A DNA stretch of 64,000 nucleotides, taken from IMG/VR virus record IMGVR_UViG_3300048834_000455, positions 25,906 through 89,905 of that record; one strand, 5' to 3'. The notes below the pieces were generated by a model. The model had not been told where the DNA came from. It did not search any database and was given only the letters and a program-made list of their open reading frames with translations. The position numbers were made by a program, and so were the translations under genes. The DNA comes from a virus. Of the stretch, positions 19,374 through 29,736 are shown one piece after another. How positions within the stretch are numbered: the first letter of the stretch is position 1; the number at the start of each line of letters is the position of its first letter.

Positions 19374-21589
19374 GTGCACTGTTTCGCGAATACGCGCTAA
19401 CCCATCTACAGTCTCGGCCTCGCGCCGCGGACAATGGGCTCTGGCATGACTTTCGATGCCAGCAACCAGGCCATGACGACCGTTCGGCGAGTTGCTCCAT
19501 CAATACCGAGGACGGCCGCGTGCGATGCCAAGCTCCCTCCTGCAACTTTGATGGGTGGATCGATGAATACGCCTCGGAATGTGGCATGCCCGCGCCCCCC
19601 GATAAGCCAGGGTGGAAGGATGGGAAGCCGATTCGAGACGAGGATCTCGACAAGCTCAAGACCAGTACACCGCTCTCGACCAGGGTCCGCCCATCCGCAA
19701 ACTATCCTTATGACGACGCGGACCACAAGCCATACATGCGGGTTCAGCGCCTCGACTTTGGGGACGGCCGCAAGAGCTACCCGCAAAGCGCCTTCGTCAA
19801 CGGTGAATGGACCAGCGGCCTACCTAAAGATTTCGAGCGTATTCTCTATCGTCTTCCCGACCTGCTAAAGAGCCGCGACGCTCTCGTGCTGGTGTGCGAG
19901 GGCGAGAAGAGCGCCGACCTCGCGAGACGCCTCGGCTTCACCGCGACAACGGCTTCGGGGGGCGCCGGCAACGCGCACAAGACCCGCGACTGGACACCGC
20001 TTGCCGACAAAGATGTCGTGATCATCCGGGACAACGACGAGGCCGGTATGGCCCATGCGCGACAGGTCGCAGGCCTTCTCATCGGCATTGCGCGGAGCAT
20101 TCGCATCATCACCATGCCCGACGTGGCCGAGAAGGGCGACCTGGTGGATTGGGTGGAGGCTGGTGGTGACGCCGACGGGCTGCGGGAGCTTATCGAGGCT
20201 ACGCCGGCTTTCGGGCTGCCCGTTCCGCCACCACCACCACCAACCTTGTCCCGGGTTTTCGCCGAGAGGGCCTTTGTCTGCAATGCCTGGGACCACTTAC
20301 CAACCGCGAATGTTCTCGCCAGCTTTCGGTCCAAGCAATTCAAGGACCCTGCCGCCCGAGCTGGCGCCCAAGCCATCAAGCGCATCCTCAAGAACAACTC
20401 CGAGCTCGAACCTCTGGCCGTCGGAGCCGAGATGGGGCGAACCGGACACTTTGAACTCTGGCTGCAACTCGAGAAATTCAGCAACGAACGCCTCCAGCAT
20501 CTGGGCATGGCGCGAGCCAGCACCTATAAGGCGTTCCGGGAGCATTGTTCTTGGGATAGCGGCCTGGCCTTTGTTCGAGACGCCGAGGAGTCGCACGGGA
20601 GAGGATCGTTCCAGGACTGGATCGCTACCAGGCAAGAAGGTGTTGCTGAACTGCTGGCCCACGCGAGCACGACGGAACTCAAGACTCTAAAGACGCACGT
20701 CGAGGAATGGCTTGATGAGCTAATCGCCGGCCGAAAGAGCGAAGGCCTCTTTAACCTGGCGTTGCTGGCGCCCATCATCGGAGAGTCTGGCGGTGGGGAT
20801 GTCATTGTTGGAATTGCTCCACCCAAAACCGGGAAGACCACGTTCGTCGGCAAGCTCATGACCGACCTGGCCAACGAGAACGTGAAGAGCCTTTACGGGC
20901 AACTTGAGATGAGAATGGATCAGGTCGTCAAGCGCGAGGTAGCAAAGCTCCTCCAGAAACCCGTGAAAGACGTGACCGAGGCCGACGCTAGAGAACTCCG
21001 GAAGAGCGGCAAGCTTAGCCACTTGGCAAACATCTACATGACCAAGAGGTGCACGACCCTGAGTTCCTATCGCGCCGAAGTCTCGTCCATTCTCGCGAAG
21101 AACCCTGACATCAAGTTCTGGGTAACCGACTATGCGGAATGCCTTCAGCGCTTTGGCGATGGCGCCAACCGCGTCGACGAGTCCGAGGCCATTGCCAAGA
21201 TGATCAAGGAGACCGCCATCGCGTTCAACGTGTGCGCCTTCCTCCTGGTCCAGCCCACCAAGGAATACTCCAAGGAGGGTGCCGCTGGACCCAAGCCTTA
21301 CCACGCCAAAAACTCCGGCAAATGGGAACAGGATGCTCAAGCGATGATCTTCCTGCAATCGCCGGCCCGCTTCTTCGCGGATATGCCCAAGGAGTACCTA
21401 GAGGTTCATGTTATGGCCTCTCGCGACTCCGATACCGGTGTTATCCCTCTCCGTTGGAACCCAGCGACATTTGATTATGAGCTATGGAAGGGCCCGGTAC
21501 CCGCTGGTGGTGGGCGACCCCTGAAACAGCAGACTGAGACCCAGCGCTATGCGCTTGACCAGGTAGAAATGGAAGACATCCCCCTATGA
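19370..21589 (+). CDS. primase-helicase (Zn-binding + TOPRIM + DnaB/SF4-like helicase)
   Basis: N-terminal C..GHDDRSAS..C..C; TOPRIM LVCEGEKSAD and IIRDNDEAG, KGDLVDW; Walker A APPKTGKTT, LEM, Walker B VTDY, LLVQ, SGKWEQDA. Confidence 0.88.
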   Translation: MSALFREYALTHLQSRPRAADNGLWHDFRCQQPGHDDRSASCSINTEDGRVRCQAPSCNFDGWIDEYASECGMPAPPDKPGWKDGKPIRDEDLDKLKTSTPLSTRVRPSANYPYDDADHKPYMRVQRLDFGDGRKSYPQSAFVNGEWTSGLPKDFERILYRLPDLLKSRDALVLVCEGEKSADLARRLGFTATTASGGAGNAHKTRDWTPLADKDVVIIRDNDEAGMAHARQVAGLLIGIARSIRIITMPDVAEKGDLVDWVEAGGDADGLRELIEATPAFGLPVPPPPPPTLSRVFAERAFVCNAWDHLPTANVLASFRSKQFKDPAARAGAQAIKRILKNNSELEPLAVGAEMGRTGHFELWLQLEKFSNERLQHLGMARASTYKAFREHCSWDSGLAFVRDAEESHGRGSFQDWIATRQEGVAELLAHASTTELKTLKTHVEEWLDELIAGRKSEGLFNLALLAPIIGESGGGDVIVGIAPPKTGKTTFVGKLMTDLANENVKSLYGQLEMRMDQVVKREVAKLLQKPVKDVTEADARELRKSGKLSHLANIYMTKRCTTLSSYRAEVSSILAKNPDIKFWVTDYAECLQRFGDGANRVDESEAIAKMIKETAIAFNVCAFLLVQPTKEYSKEGAAGPKPYHAKNSGKWEQDAQAMIFLQSPARFFADMPKEYLEVHVMASRDSDTGVIPLRWNPATFDYELWKGPVPAGGGRPLKQQTETQRYALDQVEMEDIPL

Positions 21590-22674
21590 ATCGACCAGCA
21601 TACGAAGACAAACGGGACGCAAGTGTGCGCCGATATCTGCTGAGAGCCTTGAGGAAGTGCAAGCTCTCTGGCCTGCAGTGGGACATCCTTGCCTACATCA
21701 TCGAGGAGACCTACGGATGGGAAGACCCAGACCGGAAGGCTCGTGGGCAAAAGTGCCTTCCTCGCAAGGATCGGAACGACTTCTGGTATCAGGAGATAGC
21801 CGAGGAGGTCGAGGCCACTTGGGACGCAGTTTCAAGAGCTATGCGTAAGCTCATCACCATGCAAATCCTAACCGAGTATTCGGTCGCCTCCAAGATTGCC
21901 CCAGGGTGCTACGGGATCAATTCCGACCCGTCAACATGGATCATCCCACCACGTGATAGGTCGGCTAAATTGCCGACCCAAAAGGCCCCTATTCGTCGGC
22001 CAAATTGCCGACCGAACACAGTTTTCGGTCGGCTCAAAAGTGTCGATTTTTCGGACAAATTGCCGACCAATGTTGCCGAAAAAGCCGATAACCAAGCCGT
22101 TTGCGAGGCCCCTAATCTAGACAATCTAGATAAAGATCCCCCTGTAGTCCCCCAGGGGACTGACCATGACGGTACGGATTCGGAAGTACTTTCGGGGGAT
22201 CCGGGCTACACGCTGATCGAGACAGCCGCGAAAGCTCTGGAACGACAGGATATGAGCATTGACGAAGTTATGTGGCAGGCCGAGAAGCATTACTCCAGGC
22301 GGTTCGTTCGAGACCTGGACGCCAGCAAGGGCGAACCGAGAAAACTCCGGTCTTACTTCGAGTCGAGCCGTTTTCGGGGGTCGCTGTTGAGCTTTTGGAT
22401 CGGTGCGATGACGCCGGTTTTCGACGCTCGCCAACTCGCCAAGCGACAGCCGCAAGAGCAGCGATATGTTCCCCGTTCACCGTTCAGGGACTGCCTCGAC
22501 CGGGTCCAGGACGTGGTGGCTGAGCGCAAGCGAGAAGCGGAGATTCGAAGCGAGCAAGCTAGAGGGGCGGGACCGCTGGACCCTAGCCAGCGGGGAGAGG
22601 CCCGGGGACAGCCGACCCCGAGACCTCCCCTGGCATTCCGTGACCACCGAGACCAACGCAAGGAGACCGCATGA
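21586..22674 (+). CDS. lambda O-like replication initiator (N-terminal wHTH)
   Basis: LSGLQWDILAYIIEETYGW...YQEIAEEV..TWDAVSRAMRKL...YGIN resembles the O-protein N-terminal domain; contains internal iteron repeats. Confidence 0.7.
   Translation: MNRPAYEDKRDASVRRYLLRALRKCKLSGLQWDILAYIIEETYGWEDPDRKARGQKCLPRKDRNDFWYQEIAEEVEATWDAVSRAMRKLITMQILTEYSVASKIAPGCYGINSDPSTWIIPPRDRSAKLPTQKAPIRRPNCRPNTVFGRLKSVDFSDKLPTNVAEKADNQAVCEAPNLDNLDKDPPVVPQGTDHDGTDSEVLSGDPGYTLIETAAKALERQDMSIDEVMWQAEKHYSRRFVRDLDASKGEPRKLRSYFESSRFRGSLLSFWIGAMTPVFDARQLAKRQPQEQRYVPRSPFRDCLDRVQDVVAERKREAEIRSEQARGAGPLDPSQRGEARGQPTPRPPLAFRDHRDQRKETA
21959..22135. repeat. putative replication origin: palindromic iterons plus an AT-rich tract
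   Basis: GGTCGGC-TAAATT-GCCGACC (21959-78), CGTCGGC-CAAATT-GCCGACC (21994-22013), half-site GGTCGGC (22027-33), TTTCGGA-CAAATT-GCCGACC (22049-68), then AATCTAGA twice near 22114-22130. Confidence 0.7.
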
Positions 22675-23237
22675 GCGCCCAAAAAACCACCGTCACTATT
22701 CGTTTCGAGGTCACCGATGAGCGTGCGCTTTGGAGCGACGAGGATTTCGACCAGCACGAATGGCTGCGGACTGGCTTGAAGCAGTTTCTTAAGGACTCTA
22801 AACTCCCGATTGAACTTTGCGGATGGGGGCTCGACGAGGGAGACGGAATGACCACGCTCGTCATCGGCAAGGTCGTTTCTTGCACAGTCAAGGCCGACAA
22901 GACTCCAGGATTCATCTACTTCGCCCGCACTGATGGCGCGTTCAAGATTGGTCGCAGCAAGACGCCGGTGAAGCGATTGGCTTCAATCGCCACTGGTTGC
23001 CCATACCCGGTGGAGATCTACCGGCAGATCGAGGTCGACGACATGGCCACTGCCGAGAAGTGGTTTCACGATGCGTTCCAGCACGTTCGTATTCGTCCGA
23101 GAGGCGAGTGGTTCAAGGCTGACCCGGTGGAGCTAGACACGGCTATCCGGACCTTCGCCTTCCCGCCCGCTAGTCGTGGACGTGCGAAGCGATACTCCCA
23201 AGCTGAACTAGCTCGACTGGAAGCCGAGCTAGGCTAA
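22671..23237 (+). CDS. GIY-YIG-like (T5orf172/MUG113-type) protein
   Basis: GFIYF....FKIGRS..P.KRL..I.TG.P...E..FH..F...R..GEWF. Confidence 0.8.
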   Translation: MSAQKTTVTIRFEVTDERALWSDEDFDQHEWLRTGLKQFLKDSKLPIELCGWGLDEGDGMTTLVIGKVVSCTVKADKTPGFIYFARTDGAFKIGRSKTPVKRLASIATGCPYPVEIYRQIEVDDMATAEKWFHDAFQHVRIRPRGEWFKADPVELDTAIRTFAFPPASRGRAKRYSQAELARLEAELG

Positions 23238-23375
23238 ACCCCCCCTCGCCCTCCCCACCAAACCCCCGAACACCGTCGGCCACGCCCGGCCACACGCCAC
23301 CAAACAACACGTTAGCGCCACAAACCCCCAGATTCCGCCGAGTCCACCCCTCACCCCTCCCCCCTCACCGCGAAA
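23238..23375. other. C-rich low-complexity intergenic tract
   Basis: Runs such as CCCCCCCTCGCCCTCCCCACCAAACCCCCG and CCACCCCTCACCCCTCCCCCCTCACC; G-rich on the minus strand. Confidence 0.6.
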
Positions 23376-23731
23376 GGAGCGCACATGCCACACCAACCCG
23401 AGTCTGACTGCGAACCCCGAGAGGCCCCGCGGTGGTAGTCGTGGTGCCCCTGCTGGGTTCGCGAATCCTGGGCTCGACAACGGCCTGGATGCTGAGCGAG
23501 ACGCCTCTGGTGCTGGTGGCGCCGAAGCCTCGAGCAGTCGAGTCGAAGCCCATGTGGGACCCTCGTTTGCAACCGGTCCTCGCTCGGACCTGCGCTGCGC
23601 CGGGTTGCACAAACGCCACCGTGACCCTCACGAAGCCCCGAGGTGGTGGCACCGGTGACCGCCGCTACTGCTGCTTCGAGTGCCAGCAGCGGGCGTACCG
23701 GGTTCGGGCGAAAAGGCGCAAGATAATTCTC

Positions 23732-23766
23732 CGCGTGATGGGACCCAGCGAGACCGAGGGGCGAAG
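23732..23766 (+). promoter_or_regulatory. bipartite repeated motif, copy 2 (CGCGTGATGGGACC-N16-CGAAG)
   Basis: Exact 14-mer; ends 5 nt before the GTG/ATG start at 23772. Confidence 0.65.
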
Positions 23767-23771
23767 CTAGC

Positions 23772-24224
23772 GTGATGAGCAGAACTGACAGCAAGAAACC
23801 AACCCCCACTACCGTGGCCACTGTAGGCCTCTCAGAGCCCGACTTGACCTCGAAGGGTACCTTGAGCAAGGCCGAGGTCCAGGAACGCCTCCCAGAGCAA
23901 CGACACACGTGTGAATCCCGAGAGAAAAAAGACTCCGAGTTGGCGTTCGGGTCGCCAGAGTGGCATGCGGTCCACGGCGGGGGTCGCTCGACACCTCTCC
24001 GCGACATGCCGGAGGGTGTGCTGGGTGCCGCGAAGCAGGTGCGCAAATTCTGTCTGGAGTGCGTTGGCGGGTCGCCGACCCTCGTGCGGCACTGCGCCGG
24101 GTTCTCGTGCCCGCTGTGGGCCTGGAGGTTCGGCAAGGACCCTCGCTTCGTCAAGGACGGCGACCTACTCGATCCCGAGAAGGTCCGGGCCCTAGCGTTC
24201 GCCACCGAGGCGGTCCCGTGCTAG
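23772..24224 (+). CDS. hypothetical Cys4 protein
   Basis: RKFCLECVGGS...VRHC....CPLWAWRFG. Confidence 0.6.
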   Translation: MMSRTDSKKPTPTTVATVGLSEPDLTSKGTLSKAEVQERLPEQRHTCESREKKDSELAFGSPEWHAVHGGGRSTPLRDMPEGVLGAAKQVRKFCLECVGGSPTLVRHCAGFSCPLWAWRFGKDPRFVKDGDLLDPEKVRALAFATEAVPC

Positions 24225-27200
24225 TCGGCCTCATCATCGGCCTAGCCCTTGCCCTCCTCGTCGCTGCCGCCTACCGCTACCAGGCCGAGGCGATGGACGA
24301 CGACCTCGAGATCCACCTGACCCGCGCCGAGGTGCCTGGCGTGCTGACCGACCTGCAGGAGCGGGGCTATGCCGTCGGCACCGTGACCCTCGTGATCGTG
24401 GAGGCGCCGCTATGAGCGCCGACCCGTCGACACCAAACGCCCCTCACGCTGCACAGGATGGCCCAGGAGGCACACTTGGGTCCTGGGCGGCACTTGGCGA
24501 AGGCGAGACTGCAAGTTGGCCTCAGGAGGCGTCTGAGAGCGTTTCTGGCGTGCGGCTGTTTGACGCGGACTTGAAGACGCTGCGGGTGTACTCGGCCGAG
24601 CAGGTGGATCGGCTCGTGGCGGGTTTGTCGGAGAGAATACGTTTACTGGAGGTAGAGAGATGAGCGAAGTTTTGGACCTGGGGAAACCGCGAGACGAGTA
24701 CCTCTCCGGGAGGAAGGCGAAGCGTCTTTGTGACCTTCTCGTCGCCACTGGCTATGACCCCTCGATAGTTCGCGACACGGCGTGGATTCACCGCATCAGC
24801 AAGCGAGTTGTTCTCGGCTATTCCGTAGAGATCGAAGGGTTTCGCGAGCGCGATCTGGACCTCGCGGTGGCCTTCCCGGAAGATGCCGAGCTTCCCGTGA
24901 CCGTGAAGGCTGACCGTTTCCCACTCGCCTCCTTCCAAGCTGTTCTCGCCATGATATCCAAGGCTGAAACCGAGGCTGACTCTCGACTAGAAGAGGCGGT
25001 CAGGGTCGGAGTGGTGCGTCCTGATGGCTCAAGGCGCAAGGTTGGTGAGCCATGGGAGAAGCCAGACCCCTTCCGTGGCGTGGGCATCAAGACTCTTGGG
25101 GGCATGCAGTCATGACCGGCGCGGAGATCCTGGCCCTCCCAATAGGGGTCAACGACTGCGACGCCAAGACCATCGGCGAGTATCTCGGCAAGCTGCTGTC
25201 CACACTGTGGGAAGAGGCCGAGGGGTTTAGCGGAAAGCGGCCTTTCGGCAACAGCGGGTGGCAGGGGCCTGTTGAGGTGGCGCTCGTTCGTGGCGGTGTT
25301 GTGCGTGGCAATATCATCGAGGAGACCTACGGATGCTGGCTCGATGATTACGACGAGCCTGGCGCAGAAGCGGCTGTGCAGTTGGCGATACGGGCGATGT
25401 GGGAGGGCGTGAGATGAGTGACCGACTAGCTCCCCTGGTGGAGGAACGCCGCATCGTGCTGGTAGTGGACCCGGACCGGCTCGACCGGACACTCTTGGTG
25501 AACATGGCCCAGGTTTGCGCGGACGTGTGGATTGACGGGGCAGGCATGGTTCATGCGTTGAGCGGCACCGTGGTCGCGATGGAGGAGGGGCCTGGCCCTG
25601 ACGCTACCGGCAACTGGTCTCTCGATGTCGCGGGCGAGGATAGTTGCCCGGCCTGCAGTCACAACTTCGAAGCGGCGGCTATCAACCTTGCCAAGGCCCT
25701 GCGACTCCAAAAAGGCCTGGAGGCTATCCTCGACCACGTGGGGCGAACGGCTCCGAGAGGTGGCGGGGCTTCGTGTGACACCTCGCAGGCGCTAGCGACC
25801 GAGGCCACGGTTCGGCGGTTAGCCAAGAAGGCGCTGAAGGCGGAGCCGAGATGACCGACACCGAGGCCCTGAATCTGGTGCTGACCATGGCCACCCTTTG
25901 GCAAGATGGCAAGGTGGATCGCGCGCGGATGTTCGCCCCGGGATTCGCCGACGACGGACTTGACGAGACTGCCGAGGCGTTGCGGATTGCTCGGCACGTG
26001 GTGGCCGGGATGGAGGCAGGACGATGAGCCTGGACCTTGACGCCATCGAAGCGCGTTTCTCGGTGGCAACGAGAGCGCCGTGGAGCGTCGTCGGTGCTGA
26101 GCTTCTGCGGTTCGCACAGGCCGACGTTCCGCTACTGACCACCGAGGTTCGCCGCCTTCGCGAGGAGGTCAGCCTGCAGTGCTGCTATGCCATCCCGCCA
26201 CACCTCGAGGGGATGACCGCTGAGCAACTGGCCCACCGCCTGGAGATGATGCGAGCGAGGGTGGAGACACTGGCCGTCACCTTCCCGGGGGTCGAGGAGA
26301 TGCCGAGGATGCTGGAGCACCTGGCCGAGCCTGCGTTCGGAATTATCGACACGGCTGTGCGTCTCGAGTGGGCCCAGGAGTGGCTCGAGAACGCAAGGGC
26401 GCGAGGGAGCGCTGAGCGTGGCGCCAGGGTTGATGCTGAGGAGGCAAGGGCGGAAGCAGAGGCCGCGCTGGTCAGTCCCCCGACTAGACGCTGCCTAGAT
26501 ACCCTCACCCTCACTGACCGCAAAGGCGAGGGGTTGGCGGTCATGTTCCAGACGTGCTGCAACGGCGAGATGGGGTCGACGGCAGAGATGCAGCTCGAAG
26601 GCCGCAATCTCGAGGACCTGTTCCTCTTCGTTGCTCCGATGGTGTTGCCGTGGCCGTCGGGCTTCAGCAACGACCGCCCGAGGATTCGCGGGTGGGTAGG
26701 TCGCGGAGAGGACTGTGGCCATCTCGTCTACACGAGGTTCAGCAAGCCGCGCACCATTCGCTGGGGCCCCGACTTTGAGTCGCACGAGATGAGCGTGCAG
26801 GAGGCGAAAGAGCTGGCTGGATGCCTGCTCGCGGCCATCTTTGAGGCGGAGAGGGGGACGTGGCCATGAGCATAGAGCAAGAGCCGCCGTTGAAGCGACA
26901 TCTCGAGATTGCCCTGGACTGCATCAACGCCTGCCTCGACGAGGGTGGGTTTCGGTACGATTCGCTGAGCCAGGAGACCCGCGACGCCCTCGCCTTCTTT
27001 GAGTCTCTGACATCCGTCCAGCTAAGGCAGGTCTCCCGCGATGGACGCCCTTACTGGATTGCTCGCGATGTGCAGCCGGTACACGTCTCGGACTCGCTGC
27101 ACGTGGGGTTCTTCGTGCCAGAGAGTCAGGAGTCTCCGTTCTGGCGTCCGGGCGGGGCAACCGCTATCGGTCTGGCGCTCATCGCTGCTGACGCTGACGC

Positions 27201-27312
27201 TCTCGCGAAGAAGGCCCGCGAGGATGCCGAGTATGAGCGCACCGGTCCGATGGCCTGGGAAGACGATGCGCGCGCCATCGACTGGCGGAAGCGGAACGGG
27301 GTGCAGTCTTGA
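24218..27312 (+). CDS. chain of hypothetical proteins (24218..24415, 24412..24663, 24660..25115, 25112..25417, 25414..25854, 26024..26869, 26866..27312)
   Basis: Coupled + strand ORFs with SD sequences; no catalytic motifs recognised. Confidence 0.55.
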
Positions 27313-27662
27313 GCCAGGCCGTCATCGCTGCGCTTTCCGCCGTGCGCTTCCGCTGGACGGGCGAGAAAGACCTCCAGGACGGTATCGAGAGTGTGTTGGT
27401 GGGCGCGGGACTGGAGTTTCGGCGCGAGCACCGGTTGAGCGGCGCCGACGTGATCGACTTCCTCGTGGGGTCTACCGGCGTGGAGGTGAAGATCAAGGGC
27501 CAGGCGGCTGCCGTGCTGGCCCAACTCACCCGGTACGCCGAGCATGAGAGCGTCACTGAGCTGGTGCTGGTCACCGGTCGGCTGCAACTGACGAGGATGC
27601 CGGGGATGCTGAACGGGAAGCCGCTGCGGGTCATTCCGCTGACGGGAAGTTTGCTCGGGTGA
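27309..27662 (+). CDS. small PD-(D/E)xK-like nuclease-fold protein
   Basis: E.DLQD.I, REHRL...VIDFLV..GVEVK, QLTRYA; coupled to the SNF2 helicase gene. Confidence 0.6.
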   Translation: MSQAVIAALSAVRFRWTGEKDLQDGIESVLVGAGLEFRREHRLSGADVIDFLVGSTGVEVKIKGQAAAVLAQLTRYAEHESVTELVLVTGRLQLTRMPGMLNGKPLRVIPLTGSLLG

Positions 27663-29536
27663 AGAACGGGACGGTGACATGGCTTGCGTCAGGACCGACC
27701 TCGCCCCGCCCTCATTGGCTTGTGCAGTGTAAGCCGCACGTGATGATCCGTCTCAAGCGTAACTTCGAGCGTGTGGACAAGAGCCAGCACGGCGCGGTGC
27801 TTATCGTCGACACGCCCGAGAGTAGCCGAGACCTGCTCTGGTTCATGCAGCGATTCCCGATGGAGATCGGAAACTCCGACCGCGCTGCGTTGACGGCGAG
27901 AGCTGAAGTTCACTTGAAGCGCGAAGAGATGACCGAGAGCATCCTTTCGGGAGAGTATGTTCCGCCGAGCGACACCAAGATGGCGCTGCCCGCGAGGCCA
28001 TACCAGCAGGTGGCCGCTGACCTCGTTTGTGCAACGGGTCAACTCTTGCTCGCTGACGATCTTGGGCTTGGAAAGACGATCACGGCAATCACGGCCATCG
28101 CGAAGGTTGGCAAGTTCCCGGCCCTGGTGGTCACGATGACGCATCTACCCACGCAATGGCAGCGTGAGCTGAACCGCTTCTGTCCTGGGCTGAAGACGCA
28201 CGTGCTCGAGAAAGGCACGCCTTACGACCTGGCCAACGAACGGCGTGGTCGGCGCAAGAAGTCCGATGTGCAGGCAGTCGGGATGCCTGACGTGATTATC
28301 ACGAACTACCACAAGCTGTCGGGCTGGGCGGAAACGCTCGTAGAGCTCGGAGTGCAGACGGTGGTCTTTGACGAGGTGCAAGAGCTTCGCCGCGGTGAGA
28401 CGCAAGCCGGTACCAAGACGCTTAAGTACGCCGCTGCCGAGTACGTTTCGCACCGGGCCGCCGTCAGGATGGGTTTATCCCATACTCCAATTTACAACTA
28501 TGGCGGCGAGATGTACCACGTGATGTCCGCGCTGGCGCCTGATTCGCTGGGCACGCAGGGTGAGTTTCATCGAGAGTGGTGTGTCTCGGATAACGGGAAG
28601 TGGCGCCTGGAAGATCCCGTGGCTTTCGGGGAGTACATGCGAGACTCGGGATTGATGCTGAGGCGAACCCGCGCTGATGTGGGACGAGAGGTGCCGGCGC
28701 TATCCATCTTCCCTCACCAGGTGGAGACCGACAAGAAGAAGTTCACGGGTGCCGACCTGGCCGCGCTGGCGAGAACCATCATGTCAAGCGAGCAACTTGA
28801 GAAGGGCGCCAAGTTTCGTGCGGCAAGTGAGCTAGATTATAAGCTGCGCCGCGAGACTGGGATGGCGAAAGCCGAGTATGTCTCCACGTTTGTGCGCGGT
28901 CTCGTGGAGAACGGGGAGGCCGTGGTTCTGTTCGGGTGGCACCGTGACTGCTACACCGTATGGCGCCAGGCTCTTTCGGACCTTGACCCCGCCTTCTACA
29001 CCGGCAAGGAGACTGCGGCCCAGAAGGAGGCGGAAATCAACCGCTTCAAGGAGGGCAAGACCAAGGTGGCCATCATCTCGCTTCGTGCTGGAGCTGGACT
29101 CGACGGCCTTCAACACGTTTGTCGCACCGTGGTGTTTGGCGAGATCGACTGGAGCCCGGGAATCCATGAGCAATGCGTGGGCAGGGTGCACCGTGACGGC
29201 CAGACCGACCCCGTTTGTGCATACTTTCTCCTCGCGGACTGGGGCAGCGACCCGATCATAGCTGACGCCCTCGGCGTGAAGCGCGGACAGATAGCAGGCC
29301 TGCGCGACCCCAACGCACCCTTAGTGGAGGCTGGTGTCGACCCGCACCACATGCGCAAGCTGGCAGAGAGCTTCCTGCGCCAACGGGGCGAGCTACCGCC
29401 AGAGGCCGAGTCGTCTACCGAGTCGGAACCCTCAACCCCACTTGCCGAAGCTCCGCCGGTTGTCACCGTCGAGGACTCCCGCGAAGGCGCTTTCCAGCTT
29501 GGCCTATTCGAAGAGCAGGAGTCAAGCGCTGCATGA
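27659..29536 (+). CDS. SNF2-family (SF2) helicase
   Basis: ARPYQ, LLADDLGLGKT, QWQRE, VFDEVQEL, LSHTPIYN, MLRRTR, AGAGLDGLQ, DWSPG..EQCVGRVHRDGQ. Confidence 0.92.
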   Translation: MKNGTVTWLASGPTSPRPHWLVQCKPHVMIRLKRNFERVDKSQHGAVLIVDTPESSRDLLWFMQRFPMEIGNSDRAALTARAEVHLKREEMTESILSGEYVPPSDTKMALPARPYQQVAADLVCATGQLLLADDLGLGKTITAITAIAKVGKFPALVVTMTHLPTQWQRELNRFCPGLKTHVLEKGTPYDLANERRGRRKKSDVQAVGMPDVIITNYHKLSGWAETLVELGVQTVVFDEVQELRRGETQAGTKTLKYAAAEYVSHRAAVRMGLSHTPIYNYGGEMYHVMSALAPDSLGTQGEFHREWCVSDNGKWRLEDPVAFGEYMRDSGLMLRRTRADVGREVPALSIFPHQVETDKKKFTGADLAALARTIMSSEQLEKGAKFRAASELDYKLRRETGMAKAEYVSTFVRGLVENGEAVVLFGWHRDCYTVWRQALSDLDPAFYTGKETAAQKEAEINRFKEGKTKVAIISLRAGAGLDGLQHVCRTVVFGEIDWSPGIHEQCVGRVHRDGQTDPVCAYFLLADWGSDPIIADALGVKRGQIAGLRDPNAPLVEAGVDPHHMRKLAESFLRQRGELPPEAESSTESEPSTPLAEAPPVVTVEDSREGAFQLGLFEEQESSAA

Positions 29537-29736
29537 ACTTCGTCCTCATCATCAACACCATCTGGGAGCGTGGCCGGCAGACCATCTGGACCGACGGTGG
29601 CGAGGACCTGCGACGACGTCCACCAGAGGTGGCCTACAACGAGCGCGACTGACGCCGCAAGGATGCTCGAAGTCGCCGCTTTCATCGAAGCCCAGCAGAA
29701 GCTTCCGCTACCGACCCACGACATCAAGGAGCCGAC

